Below, in pieces: positions 9,584 through 17,351 of a DNA stretch of 43,948 nucleotides. The position numbers were made by a program, and so were the translations under genes. Each line of letters starts with the position of its first letter. The first letter of the stretch is position 1. The stretch is from a virus (Duplodnaviria; Caudoviricetes): positions 1 to 43,948 of the IMG/VR virus record IMGVR_UViG_3300043037_000014; one strand, written 5' to 3'. The notes under the pieces were generated by a model that was given only the letters and a program-made list of their open reading frames with translations, did not search any database and was not told the origin of the DNA.

Positions 9584-10384
9584 TTAAGCCTTTAACTCAA
9601 ATTTTATAGCCGGTTGAGATACATAGTCACTTATTTCTATATCATTATAAGTTAAACTATGTAAACATCTAGCTTTGCGATTAATCTTAGTTGTATGCAT
9701 ATTATCTATATCTATAGCTTGCTTAAGATACTGTCTTACACCATCTAAATGCTCTTCATAGATATGTACATTACCAAGCTGCATAGTTACATTGCCAGGT
9801 AATAAATCACAATGCTTAGCAACCAAATAAACCCATAAACTTGCTAATATCATATCACTAGGTAAGCCTACCATAGTATCAACTGAGCGTTGTATCCATA
9901 CCATATCTAGTCTACCTATGCTATTAACATTAAACTGATAGGCATAATGGCAGCAAGGTAAAGATAAACTATCTAATCTATCAGGTCTCCATAGACTAAT
10001 AATATGTCTACGTGAATATGGGTTCACTTGTAACTCAAGTAATAGGTTTTCTAGCTGATTAATACCGTTAAAGTCATGTAGCTGCTTAGCATAATCTATT
10101 TCTAGATGTCCAGTATTATCAGCCCAGGTTTTCCAATAATTACAACCAACAGACTCAAATTGTTCTAACTCACTATAGTTATTTATAAATGCTATAAATT
10201 CACCAATAACTCCAGCATAGTATATTTTTCTACCTTGCAATATTGGAAAATTAGACGGATTTACAGTAAACTTTATCTGCTCACCAAATAAGCTTAGCGT
10301 ATTACCATTTCTACCTATTGTTTTATAGCCATTGGCTAAAACTTTTAAAACTAAGTCTACATAGGTTTTTTCAAATTCTTGCAT
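9584..10384 (-). CDS. thyA: Thymidylate synthase (ThyA) family enzyme, Asp177 variant (possible dCMP methylase)
   Basis: FPILQGRK, YWKTWA, SRRHII, LPCCH catalytic Cys, QRSVD...GLPSD, GNVHIY. Confidence 0.9.
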   Translation of the reverse strand: MQEFEKTYVDLVLKVLANGYKTIGRNGNTLSLFGEQIKFTVNPSNFPILQGRKIYYAGVIGEFIAFINNYSELEQFESVGCNYWKTWADNTGHLEIDYAKQLHDFNGINQLENLLLELQVNPYSRRHIISLWRPDRLDSLSLPCCHYAYQFNVNSIGRLDMVWIQRSVDTMVGLPSDMILASLWVYLVAKHCDLLPGNVTMQLGNVHIYEEHLDGVRQYLKQAIDIDNMHTTKINRKARCLHSLTYNDIEISDYVSQPAIKFELKA

Positions 10385-10740
10385 TTTGCTTCCTTATAAG
10401 ATTTTAATCTTTTTTCAAAGTCTTTTCTATCTTTATCTTCCATAGCAAATTTTCTATGTAGATAGTGTAAAGCCATAGAGTTAAAAGCTACACATACAGA
10501 ATGAGGTAAACCTGTATCAGTATCTATTATTTCACCTTTATCTATTTGCATAAGATGTCTTTCTAAAGCATTTCTATATCTACTAATATCTGACTTAGTA
10601 GCTTTTCTCCAATTATCGAAGTCATATTTATAACCACCTAATGTTAAAAGCCTAGATAAATCCTCTTTAAAATCCACGTCTATAAGTGAGGGCATAATTT
10701 TGCCATCAAGCATATCATTCTTCATAAATTTAGTTGCCAT
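10357..10740 (-). CDS. dATP/dGTP diphosphohydrolase-like protein (DUF5664)
   Basis: GK....LI, LTLGGYKY..DNWRK, RY.NAL.RHL, D.DTGLPH...AFN. Confidence 0.85.
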   Translation of the reverse strand: MATKFMKNDMLDGKIMPSLIDVDFKEDLSRLLTLGGYKYDFDNWRKATKSDISRYRNALERHLMQIDKGEIIDTDTGLPHSVCVAFNSMALHYLHRKFAMEDKDRKDFEKRLKSYKEAKCKNLKKPM

Positions 10741-12055
10741 AACCTAACTCCTTAAAAGGGTCAAATAATTCAATAGCTAAGCCATCATCCTCTTGTCTTT
10801 TTAGTTGCTTAATAGAAACTAATCTCATAGTAGTTAAAGCATCTACGAAAGTTAAACCTTTACTTTCAAAAGCTTTTACTACACCTTCCCACATTTCTAA
10901 TTCACTCATGTCTTTATTTAAAAACTTCTCAGCTTTCTTAGGTCCTATACCAGGTACACCTTTAATACCATCAGAACTATCTCCCATTATAGCTTGTAAA
11001 TAGTTAAACATTATAGCTTCAGCCTCTTCAACCTCTACAAACTTAGGTTGTATGTTATGTTGATCGGAACTATAGTAGTTAAAGTGTTTACCTGGTATAC
11101 TTTTTAATAAATCTTTATCAACGGCACACATAACAAAATTCCTATATACCTCGGCTTTACCATTAATTATCTCATAATAAATATTTTTATACTTAAATTT
11201 AATATTACTTTCACCTAACATTGTAACTATATACTCTAAGGTATTAGGATATGGCGATTTTGGGTTATCTACTAAATTTTGTTTTTTAGTATTTAGAGAT
11301 TTACTAACAAATTGAATATTGCTAGGTATATAGTGACCTAAGTAATCTATCCTATCTATTGAGCAGCCTTCAAACCATCCGTTTTCTAAGGCCCAAGTAA
11401 TATAATTATTTGGGTCCTCTACCCACGGTTTATATACTTTAATACTATTATCTTGATAATGTGCTATAGAAGGTTTGTAATTACCATAGCATCTATCTAA
11501 CATATTATCCCACTGACTATAGACCTTGGATTTACCTGTTATACTTGAGTGGTGACCAGAAATTTTCTTATTATTGCTTAATACCCTACTGTCAGCTAAA
11601 TTATTCAGCTCTTCTAATTCAGCTTTTTTAATTTTATAATCTTTCATAGCTTTATAAGCTACCATATCGTCAGCCTCATATTCAGTACAAATCATACCAG
11701 AGTAGTGTTTTAATAACTCAACTTTTATTTCATATAAACCTTCAGGTCTACGCAACCCAACTCTATTAGCCTTATAATTAGGGTCTACATCATATCTAAA
11801 ATTATAACCACTTGTAAAATAAAGTTCACAAGTTTTACAACCTGTTTGGTCCAATATCTGTTGAATTCTACCAATAGCATGGTCAACAGCATCATTTAAG
11901 TTTATAGCATATTTATCTTCATTAGCTTCAATGTCATAGTACTGATATTCACAAGCACAACAAGCCCCATAAGCTATGGTATCCGCATCTATAAGAGCTA
12001 TTTTATCATTAGGCTCCGCTTTTGGATAAAGCGTAACTTCTTCAGTTTCAAACAT
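10730..12055 (-). CDS. 5'-3' exonuclease (T7 gp6/FEN-like) with an in-frame HNH-type insertion
   Basis: LIDAD, NFR, YKANR, EADD, DKDL, GD.SDGIKGVPGIGPKKA. Confidence 0.92.
   Translation of the reverse strand: MFETEEVTLYPKAEPNDKIALIDADTIAYGACCACEYQYYDIEANEDKYAINLNDAVDHAIGRIQQILDQTGCKTCELYFTSGYNFRYDVDPNYKANRVGLRRPEGLYEIKVELLKHYSGMICTEYEADDMVAYKAMKDYKIKKAELEELNNLADSRVLSNNKKISGHHSSITGKSKVYSQWDNMLDRCYGNYKPSIAHYQDNSIKVYKPWVEDPNNYITWALENGWFEGCSIDRIDYLGHYIPSNIQFVSKSLNTKKQNLVDNPKSPYPNTLEYIVTMLGESNIKFKYKNIYYEIINGKAEVYRNFVMCAVDKDLLKSIPGKHFNYYSSDQHNIQPKFVEVEEAEAIMFNYLQAIMGDSSDGIKGVPGIGPKKAEKFLNKDMSELEMWEGVVKAFESKGLTFVDALTTMRLVSIKQLKRQEDDGLAIELFDPFKELGYGN
11141..11640 (-). mobile_element. HNH-type homing-endonuclease-like domain inserted in frame (boundaries approximate)
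   Basis: Y..W.NM..RCY, I.V..PW, WALENG, SIDRID..GHY.PSN.QF; about 165 aa between EADD and DKD. Confidence 0.75.
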
Positions 12056-12467
12056 TTGATTTCTCCCACTTTTCTACTTCTATATTATTAGTTCTTAGAT
12101 AATCTAAACCTTCTGTATTCTTCCATGTTTCATAGTATACTACACGTTTTATATTATAAAAAACTATAAGCTTTGCACAATCTATGCAAGGTGATAATGT
12201 TATATACATAGTTGCACCTGTAGTGTTTATATCATTATCCCTACAAAAATGTATAGCATTAACTTCTGCATGTATAACATTATCTAATGTACAACCTTGC
12301 TCATCAACCATAGTATTGTTAGCTAATGGTAAAGTACCATTATAGCCATTAGATATAGGTCTATCATCTTTGGTTATAACACAACCTACTTTCTTATCAG
12401 GAGCATAAGAAAACATCGCTAATTGTAATGCTTGTAGCATATAGTAATCATCATATTTACTTTCCAT
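12048..12467 (-). CDS. dCMP deaminase family protein
   Basis: VGCVI, GYNG, HAEVNAI, TLSPCIDC zinc motifs. Confidence 0.93.
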   Translation of the reverse strand: MESKYDDYYMLQALQLAMFSYAPDKKVGCVITKDDRPISNGYNGTLPLANNTMVDEQGCTLDNVIHAEVNAIHFCRDNDINTTGATMYITLSPCIDCAKLIVFYNIKRVVYYETWKNTEGLDYLRTNNIEVEKWEKSNV

Positions 12468-14153
12468 TTAAACCTCCTTACAGATTTTTGTACCATCAGA
12501 TAGAATATATTCATACTCTACTGGCATAGGTATATCTTTATAATACAACATAGGCATTTTACACATCTCTGTCCAACCTTTTTTCATATTACGTACTAAT
12601 ACTTCAGCCCAATATTCTACATCAACTTCTGGTACCCTCATATAAATAGCATCATGAACTATATTAAATATATAGTTATTAGCTCTACTATCTTCTTTAT
12701 TGATATAATGAGCACTTAACTTAGTAGTATCAGCTATACAACCTTGTGTAGCATAGTTTATTGCATCAGTACCAAGATTAGCCATACATCGTCTACCAGT
12801 AGGAGTTTCATTTGGTATAGATTTATACTCTTGCCATTTAGTATTATGATATCTAGCTATATTTTGATATTTAGTGTTATATTTTTGCTTAATAATTTTA
12901 CACTCTTCAGCAGTAAATTTAACACCATAGTTAACATAAGCATATTCTTGAAAACTATCTGCGCTCATACCAAAAATTAAGCCGAAACTAATAGCTTTAC
13001 CTTTTTGCCTATCTGCTTTTGTAATATCAGCTAATGTCTTATCAGGCATAGCTAATAAAGCCGCTAGCTTATGTAAATCGTGACCAGCTTTTAGTTCTTC
13101 GTACATAGTAGGTTCTTGCATAATACTACAACCTGCTCTTAGCTCAGCTGTTGAAAAGTCAGCATGTAAAACCACTGTTTGCACTCCATCTATTATAGCA
13201 GGTTGATGAAATATATATTGTAAATCTCTAGTTATTTGCTGAGCATTTATACTTCTATCTAAATCACCACCAGTTGATGTAAATCTTCCTGTAACAGCTC
13301 CAGATGGATTAAATCTAGTATAAATTTTAGGAAAGTTATAGCTATTTAAAAATGTTCTACGTCTTAGCTGTCTACGTTGTATGTATATAGCTTCTGCTAA
13401 GTCATTATCATTAGCTATAAGTTTAATCAATGTATTCTTATCTGTTGATGCTGTACCTAGGGCTTCTTTACATTGCTTAGGTGAATTGGGATTAAGTCCA
13501 CCAAGTTTAGTATAATAACTATCTATCTTAGTTTCTACTAAATCTAATTCTTTTCTAACGCTAGGTTGATGCACAATTAATCCATTTTGCTGGAAAGCCA
13601 TTGCATGCTTTATACTTAGTATATCTACTTTATAACTAAATATATCTCTAGCTTTTTGTATACTAAAATCTTCCCAAATTTTGGATAAAGCATATACATC
13701 AGTGGCTGAATATTTTAGCTGTACTTGTGATAAATATGCACCTTTAATAAAACCTTGCTTCTGTAAAGCTTTCTTATCTAGTCCATCATATAGATAGTCA
13801 TAACCTAGTCTAGAAACTATATTATCTAACTTATATTCTCTCCATTCAGGGTAAGCATTTCTTGCTAATAGTAGAACATCATCAAACTTATCTGTTGTCA
13901 TATTTAATGTACCAAAGTCGTAAGCACAACCTTGCCAAATAGTCCAATATGTTTTTAGCCAATTTTTAACTTCTTCTAAATCTATTATATCAGTATCTAT
14001 AATATATATCATATCATCAACTTCAGGTTGATATACTTGTATAAGCCTACAGTCTACATATAGCTTTGCCGTTTCAATATCACAAAACATAGGTTTATCT
14101 GTTACTAGGTGACTAATTTCATTTAAATCATTTATTATTTTAAATTTTATCAT
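12468..14153 (-). CDS. polA: Family A DNA polymerase with 3'-5' exonuclease domain (compact, 561 aa)
   Basis: CDIET, YSATDV, TGRF, ADFSTAELR (motif A), RQKGKAISFGLIFG (B), VHDAI (C). Confidence 0.93.
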   Translation of the reverse strand: MIKFKIINDLNEISHLVTDKPMFCDIETAKLYVDCRLIQVYQPEVDDMIYIIDTDIIDLEEVKNWLKTYWTIWQGCAYDFGTLNMTTDKFDDVLLLARNAYPEWREYKLDNIVSRLGYDYLYDGLDKKALQKQGFIKGAYLSQVQLKYSATDVYALSKIWEDFSIQKARDIFSYKVDILSIKHAMAFQQNGLIVHQPSVRKELDLVETKIDSYYTKLGGLNPNSPKQCKEALGTASTDKNTLIKLIANDNDLAEAIYIQRRQLRRRTFLNSYNFPKIYTRFNPSGAVTGRFTSTGGDLDRSINAQQITRDLQYIFHQPAIIDGVQTVVLHADFSTAELRAGCSIMQEPTMYEELKAGHDLHKLAALLAMPDKTLADITKADRQKGKAISFGLIFGMSADSFQEYAYVNYGVKFTAEECKIIKQKYNTKYQNIARYHNTKWQEYKSIPNETPTGRRCMANLGTDAINYATQGCIADTTKLSAHYINKEDSRANNYIFNIVHDAIYMRVPEVDVEYWAEVLVRNMKKGWTEMCKMPMLYYKDIPMPVEYEYILSDGTKICKEV

Positions 14154-14184
14154 TCTGACTCCTTAGCTTAATTAAACTATAAAT

Positions 14185-14192
14185 ATTATACA
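14185..14192 (-). promoter_or_regulatory. Putative sigma70 -10 box for polA
   Basis: Minus-strand TATAAT upstream of AAGGAG RBS and ATG 14153. Confidence 0.45.
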
Positions 14193-14193
14193 A

Positions 14194-14222
14194 ATAAAAA
14201 GACCTAGTTTCCCAGGTCTTTT
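14194..14222 (-). terminator. Intrinsic terminator after the SSB-like gene
   Basis: Minus strand AAAAGACCTGG-GAAA-CTAGGTCTTTTTAT. Confidence 0.8.
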
Positions 14223-14226
14223 GTAA

Positions 14227-14697
14227 TTAAATTTCAGGCTCTTCAGGAGTCACTGTTTCAGTAGCTAACCCTTCTGGAAGAAGAGCTTTATGCTTTGCTT
14301 TAAGCTGAGCAAGAAAGCTATCTGGAGCCTTAATACGTTGCACTTCATAACCATGACCTAGTGCTTTCTTCTTATCGAATTTATCACCTTTTGTCCATTT
14401 CTTAGTTATGATATAAGCTTCACCTCTTACCATACCACCATTAGCCATTAAGTTCTTAAGCATTGTGTTTGGTACAAAACTAACTAGTTCTGCTCCTGAT
14501 AACATCTCATCCATAGAACCTAATGTATGGTCAAAAGACACCCCTTGAAGTATCTCAAAGTCACCATAATCCGCTGATGTAGCTTTTGTTTTATTATCAT
14601 AATAAAACGTTAAAGAGAAACCATTTTCTTGGTCTCCCAACTTCATGTCTTTGTATGGAGACTTACCTTCCATAACTTCAGTTTCGAACATACTCAT
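14227..14697 (-). CDS. Probable single-stranded DNA-binding protein
   Basis: 156 aa, beta-rich, acidic tail TPEEPEI, upstream of polA, own terminator; function inferred from context. Confidence 0.5.
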   Translation of the reverse strand: MSMFETEVMEGKSPYKDMKLGDQENGFSLTFYYDNKTKATSADYGDFEILQGVSFDHTLGSMDEMLSGAELVSFVPNTMLKNLMANGGMVRGEAYIITKKWTKGDKFDKKKALGHGYEVQRIKAPDSFLAQLKAKHKALLPEGLATETVTPEEPEI

Positions 14698-14746
14698 AGT
14701 ATTATCCTTGCATTGTATTTTAGTTTTACATCTTTGGATGTGAACC

Positions 14747-14901
14747 GTTCAGATAGCTAGCTATAGTACAAGGAGCCATGAGAGGTGTAGGCTCGTTGTA
14801 CTTATGTTTTGACTTAATAAGTTCAGATAGCTAGCTATAGTACAAGGAGCCCTGAGAGGTGTAGGCTCGTTGTACTTATGTTTTGACTTAATAAGTTCAG
14901 A
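14747..14901. repeat. 74-bp tandem repeat (2 copies plus 7 bp), each copy containing a hairpin
   Basis: Units start at 14747, 14821 and 14895; the two full copies differ at one base. Confidence 0.95.
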
Positions 14902-14902
14902 C

Positions 14903-14939
14903 GAGATAATAAGGAGTGTTAAATTACCCTTATTATCTC
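14903..14939. other. Perfect 12-bp stem-loop adjoining the tandem repeat
   Basis: GAGATAATAAGG-13 nt-CCTTATTATCTC. Confidence 0.85.
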
Positions 14940-14953
14940 TACTCAACTTAATG

Positions 14954-15403
14954 TTACTGAGGTTTAAATCTAAAACCTTTGATTTGACTAAAGTCAGGAC
15001 CTGCAACTTTTGCAAGTTTTGCTTTAGCTTCATCAGCAGAAATGTTACCAGCTAGCATATCTTGCATAACTGCAGCTTCAGTAGCTTTCTTAACACTAAT
15101 AGCTTTCTTTCTAGCAGCTTCAGCAGCTCTAGATAAACGCTTAAGACCACCGAATTTATTACCTTCAGAAGCATCTTCATAGAAGTTATCAGCTGTAGCT
15201 TCTAACCATAGGCCACTTACAGAACATTGTAAATAAGCTTTACCATCTTTAGTTTTTGGAACATATACGTCTTCAACATTTACGCTCATACCACCTTTTT
15301 TAGGTTCAACGATTGCACTGATTTCGGCAATCAACTCTTTAGAAGCTTTATGCTTCTCTAATACTGCCACTACTTGAGTGAAAATTTCTTTTTTGCTCGC
15401 CAT
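14954..15403 (-). CDS. Basic Lys/Ala-rich hypothetical protein (149 aa), paralogue of 23281-23721
   Basis: AAGGAG RBS before ATG 15403; own promoter; shares L.KHKASK.L..E..AI..PK.GG and C..SGL. Confidence 0.85.
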   Translation of the reverse strand: MASKKEIFTQVVAVLEKHKASKELIAEISAIVEPKKGGMSVNVEDVYVPKTKDGKAYLQCSVSGLWLEATADNFYEDASEGNKFGGLKRLSRAAEAARKKAISVKKATEAAVMQDMLAGNISADEAKAKLAKVAGPDFSQIKGFRFKPQ

Positions 15404-15448
15404 TTGAGACTCCTTCAATTTTTAACGATTTATTCGTTTTATAAATAT

Positions 15449-15482
15449 ATTATATCAAAATAAATATTAAAAACAGCTTAAA
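15449..15482 (-). promoter_or_regulatory. Extended -10 promoter
   Basis: Minus strand TTTAAGCTGTTTTTAATATTTATTTTGATATAAT. Confidence 0.7.
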
Positions 15483-15489
15483 TTATAAA

Positions 15490-16674
15490 TTAAATTATAT
15501 GGACTACTTTTCTACTTCTACTTAAGGCTACGTACATTAACCTTGCATAGTTATCATAATAATTATTTACAATAGCTTTCTTAATATCATCTTGAACTAT
15601 CCAAACTCTATCGAATTCAGAACCTTGCGCTTTGTGTACAGTAGATGCAAATGTATAGTCCATAATAAAAGCTCTATTTAAAGCATATAGCCATTTATAA
15701 TTCTTCTTATCAGCTACTGCTTCCATCTTAGCTTGTTTTATAACTATATTAGCATTCCCTATACCTTTTATTACAGGAACTATCATATTACCAGCTTCTA
15801 TAAACTCAATATCTTTATGCTGTATTAAAGCATAAAGTGAGGCCTCTAAATATTTTGAGTTTATTTGGCTATTCTGTAATAATAAATAGTTCTTGTAATA
15901 CGCCTCAACCAATGTATCAAGATTAGGTTTTATGAACCTATTAACTTTAACTGGCTCAAGCATATTACCCAATTGTACTTCTTGCCCTTCATATGACTTA
16001 ATCTTCAATTCTTTCGCGATTAATTGATTATAATGACCAACGCAGGCATTAGTATAGGCCAATAATCTATCGTCCGATTTAAAGCCATTTATGGTCTTCT
16101 TTTTAATGATATTTTCAGAAAATTCTATTTTTAAATCTTTTTTATTTATACCTTCTAAATAATGTACAAACTTAGTAAATTGTTTAACTATATCTGGTGA
16201 CTCAGCTCTATACTGTGTTGTTAAATTAGTAGTATACTTTGGGTCTGTTTGTATCTGTATACCTTTAACTGGTAATAACTGATAAGGGTCCATAAATACT
16301 TGTATAGTTATATGGTCAGTATCAAAGTTATTAACCTCTTCTAACTTGGAAATTATAGATGTAAACATATCTTCAGACATCATACCTCCTTCGTCTATAA
16401 CTATATAAGTATAATCACTTAGGTCTTTATCCAACTTAACGGTTGTGTCTATGTGATTAATATGTTTAGCCTCTTCATTTATAGCCGGTATCCACCCTAA
16501 TAAAGCCTGAATAGTCTTTATTTCTATATGAGGTGGAACTTTAGTACTCAACCTCTTAATAGCTTTATGAGTTGGGCATATAACCACTGAGCTTTCAGGT
16601 ATTGTAGGTAACAACTCTAAAAGTTTAGATGATTTACCTGTACCTGCATACCCTGTTGTATAATAAATTTTCAT
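15490..16674 (-). CDS. RecD/Dda-like SF1B helicase
   Basis: GYAGTGKS, PTHKA, VIDEG, DPYQLLPV, TVHKAQGSEF, YVALSR. Confidence 0.92.
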   Translation of the reverse strand: MKIYYTTGYAGTGKSSKLLELLPTIPESSVVICPTHKAIKRLSTKVPPHIEIKTIQALLGWIPAINEEAKHINHIDTTVKLDKDLSDYTYIVIDEGGMMSEDMFTSIISKLEEVNNFDTDHITIQVFMDPYQLLPVKGIQIQTDPKYTTNLTTQYRAESPDIVKQFTKFVHYLEGINKKDLKIEFSENIIKKKTINGFKSDDRLLAYTNACVGHYNQLIAKELKIKSYEGQEVQLGNMLEPVKVNRFIKPNLDTLVEAYYKNYLLLQNSQINSKYLEASLYALIQHKDIEFIEAGNMIVPVIKGIGNANIVIKQAKMEAVADKKNYKWLYALNRAFIMDYTFASTVHKAQGSEFDRVWIVQDDIKKAIVNNYYDNYARLMYVALSRSRKVVHII

Positions 16675-16769
16675 GCTTTCATCACTCCAATAATTAGCAA
16701 GGCTATTGCACAGCCTATTGGACCACCTAGTAAAAAACCTATAGCCCCAAATATTATATAATCAGCCAT
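16671..16769 (-). CDS. 32-aa single-pass membrane peptide (not in ORF track)
   Basis: MADYIIFGAIGFLLGGPIGCAIALLIIGVMKA; AAGGAG RBS; ATGA overlap with the helicase start. Confidence 0.65.
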   Translation of the reverse strand: MADYIIFGAIGFLLGGPIGCAIALLIIGVMKA

Positions 16770-16770
16770 A

Positions 16771-17184
16771 TTAAAAATCTCCTTTATCATACTTATCTAC
16801 TACCCATTTATAGTTTTTACATAGTTTTACATATACAAAAGCTACCTTTTTAGTATATATCTTTTGTTCTAAGAAACTATCTAAGGCACCTATGTTTTTA
16901 AAACCTAAATTACTAGCTATTCTACTCTTTTTATCTTTAGCTATATCTAATAAAAGCAGAATACAAGATTGTATACTTTTAAGAAATACATCTTTTATAT
17001 TTTGCTCTTCTTTAATAGCTAAAACTGCCTTCTGGTCATAATAAACCGTTCCACCTATTTTTATAACATCTATCTCACTTAATAGTTGTTTATATGGTGA
17101 TAAGTATAGTTGACAATCATCTTTTAAATCGAATATCTGCAATAATTGTTCACTAACTAGCCAAGCTTTTTTATTAAAATACAT
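16771..17184 (-). CDS. Hypothetical protein (137 aa), possible DNA-binding
   Basis: GAGG RBS; IASNLGF HTH-like segment. Confidence 0.7.
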   Translation of the reverse strand: MYFNKKAWLVSEQLLQIFDLKDDCQLYLSPYKQLLSEIDVIKIGGTVYYDQKAVLAIKEEQNIKDVFLKSIQSCILLLLDIAKDKKSRIASNLGFKNIGALDSFLEQKIYTKKVAFVYVKLCKNYKWVVDKYDKGDF

Positions 17185-17202
17185 CGTAATACCTCTTATA
17201 GT

Positions 17203-17307
17203 TTATTTGTCTACTAAACAAGTAGTTTCATATGCTCCACTTTGGTCAGTACAGCACTGATAACTCATAAACGGACATATTAGCTTCTCAGTTTCACTTA
17301 TCTTCAT
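17203..17307 (-). pseudogene. 34-aa truncated copy of the N-terminus of 17808-18095
   Basis: MKISETEKLICPFMSYQCCTDQSGAYETTCLVDK* vs MTIKQASELICPFMSYRCALESAGAYETTCITDK. Confidence 0.7.
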
Positions 17308-17351
17308 CTTTTAATGTGTACACTATTGTATTATTAGATTTTAGCCAACTT

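Noticed and set aside
9584-10384. T4-like hydroxymethylcytosine glycosylation system
   Set aside because: No glycosyltransferase is seen, and the adjacent DHFR and TS-type features favour methylation.
10357-10740. Z-genome (2-aminoadenine) or 7-deazaguanine pathway suggested by DUF5664 and MazG
   Set aside because: No PurZ, DatZ-like HD hydrolase, DpdA or Que/FolE genes are recognisable.
11141-11640. Canonical intein or group I intron in the exonuclease
   Set aside because: No intein terminal residues, no internal stop and no recognisable intron core; kept as a non-splicing insertion finding.
14747-14901. CRISPR array, or coding ORFs 14761-15033 and 14870-15055
   Set aside because: The units are near-identical with no unique spacers; the ORFs overlap a better-supported gene and lack a well-spaced RBS.
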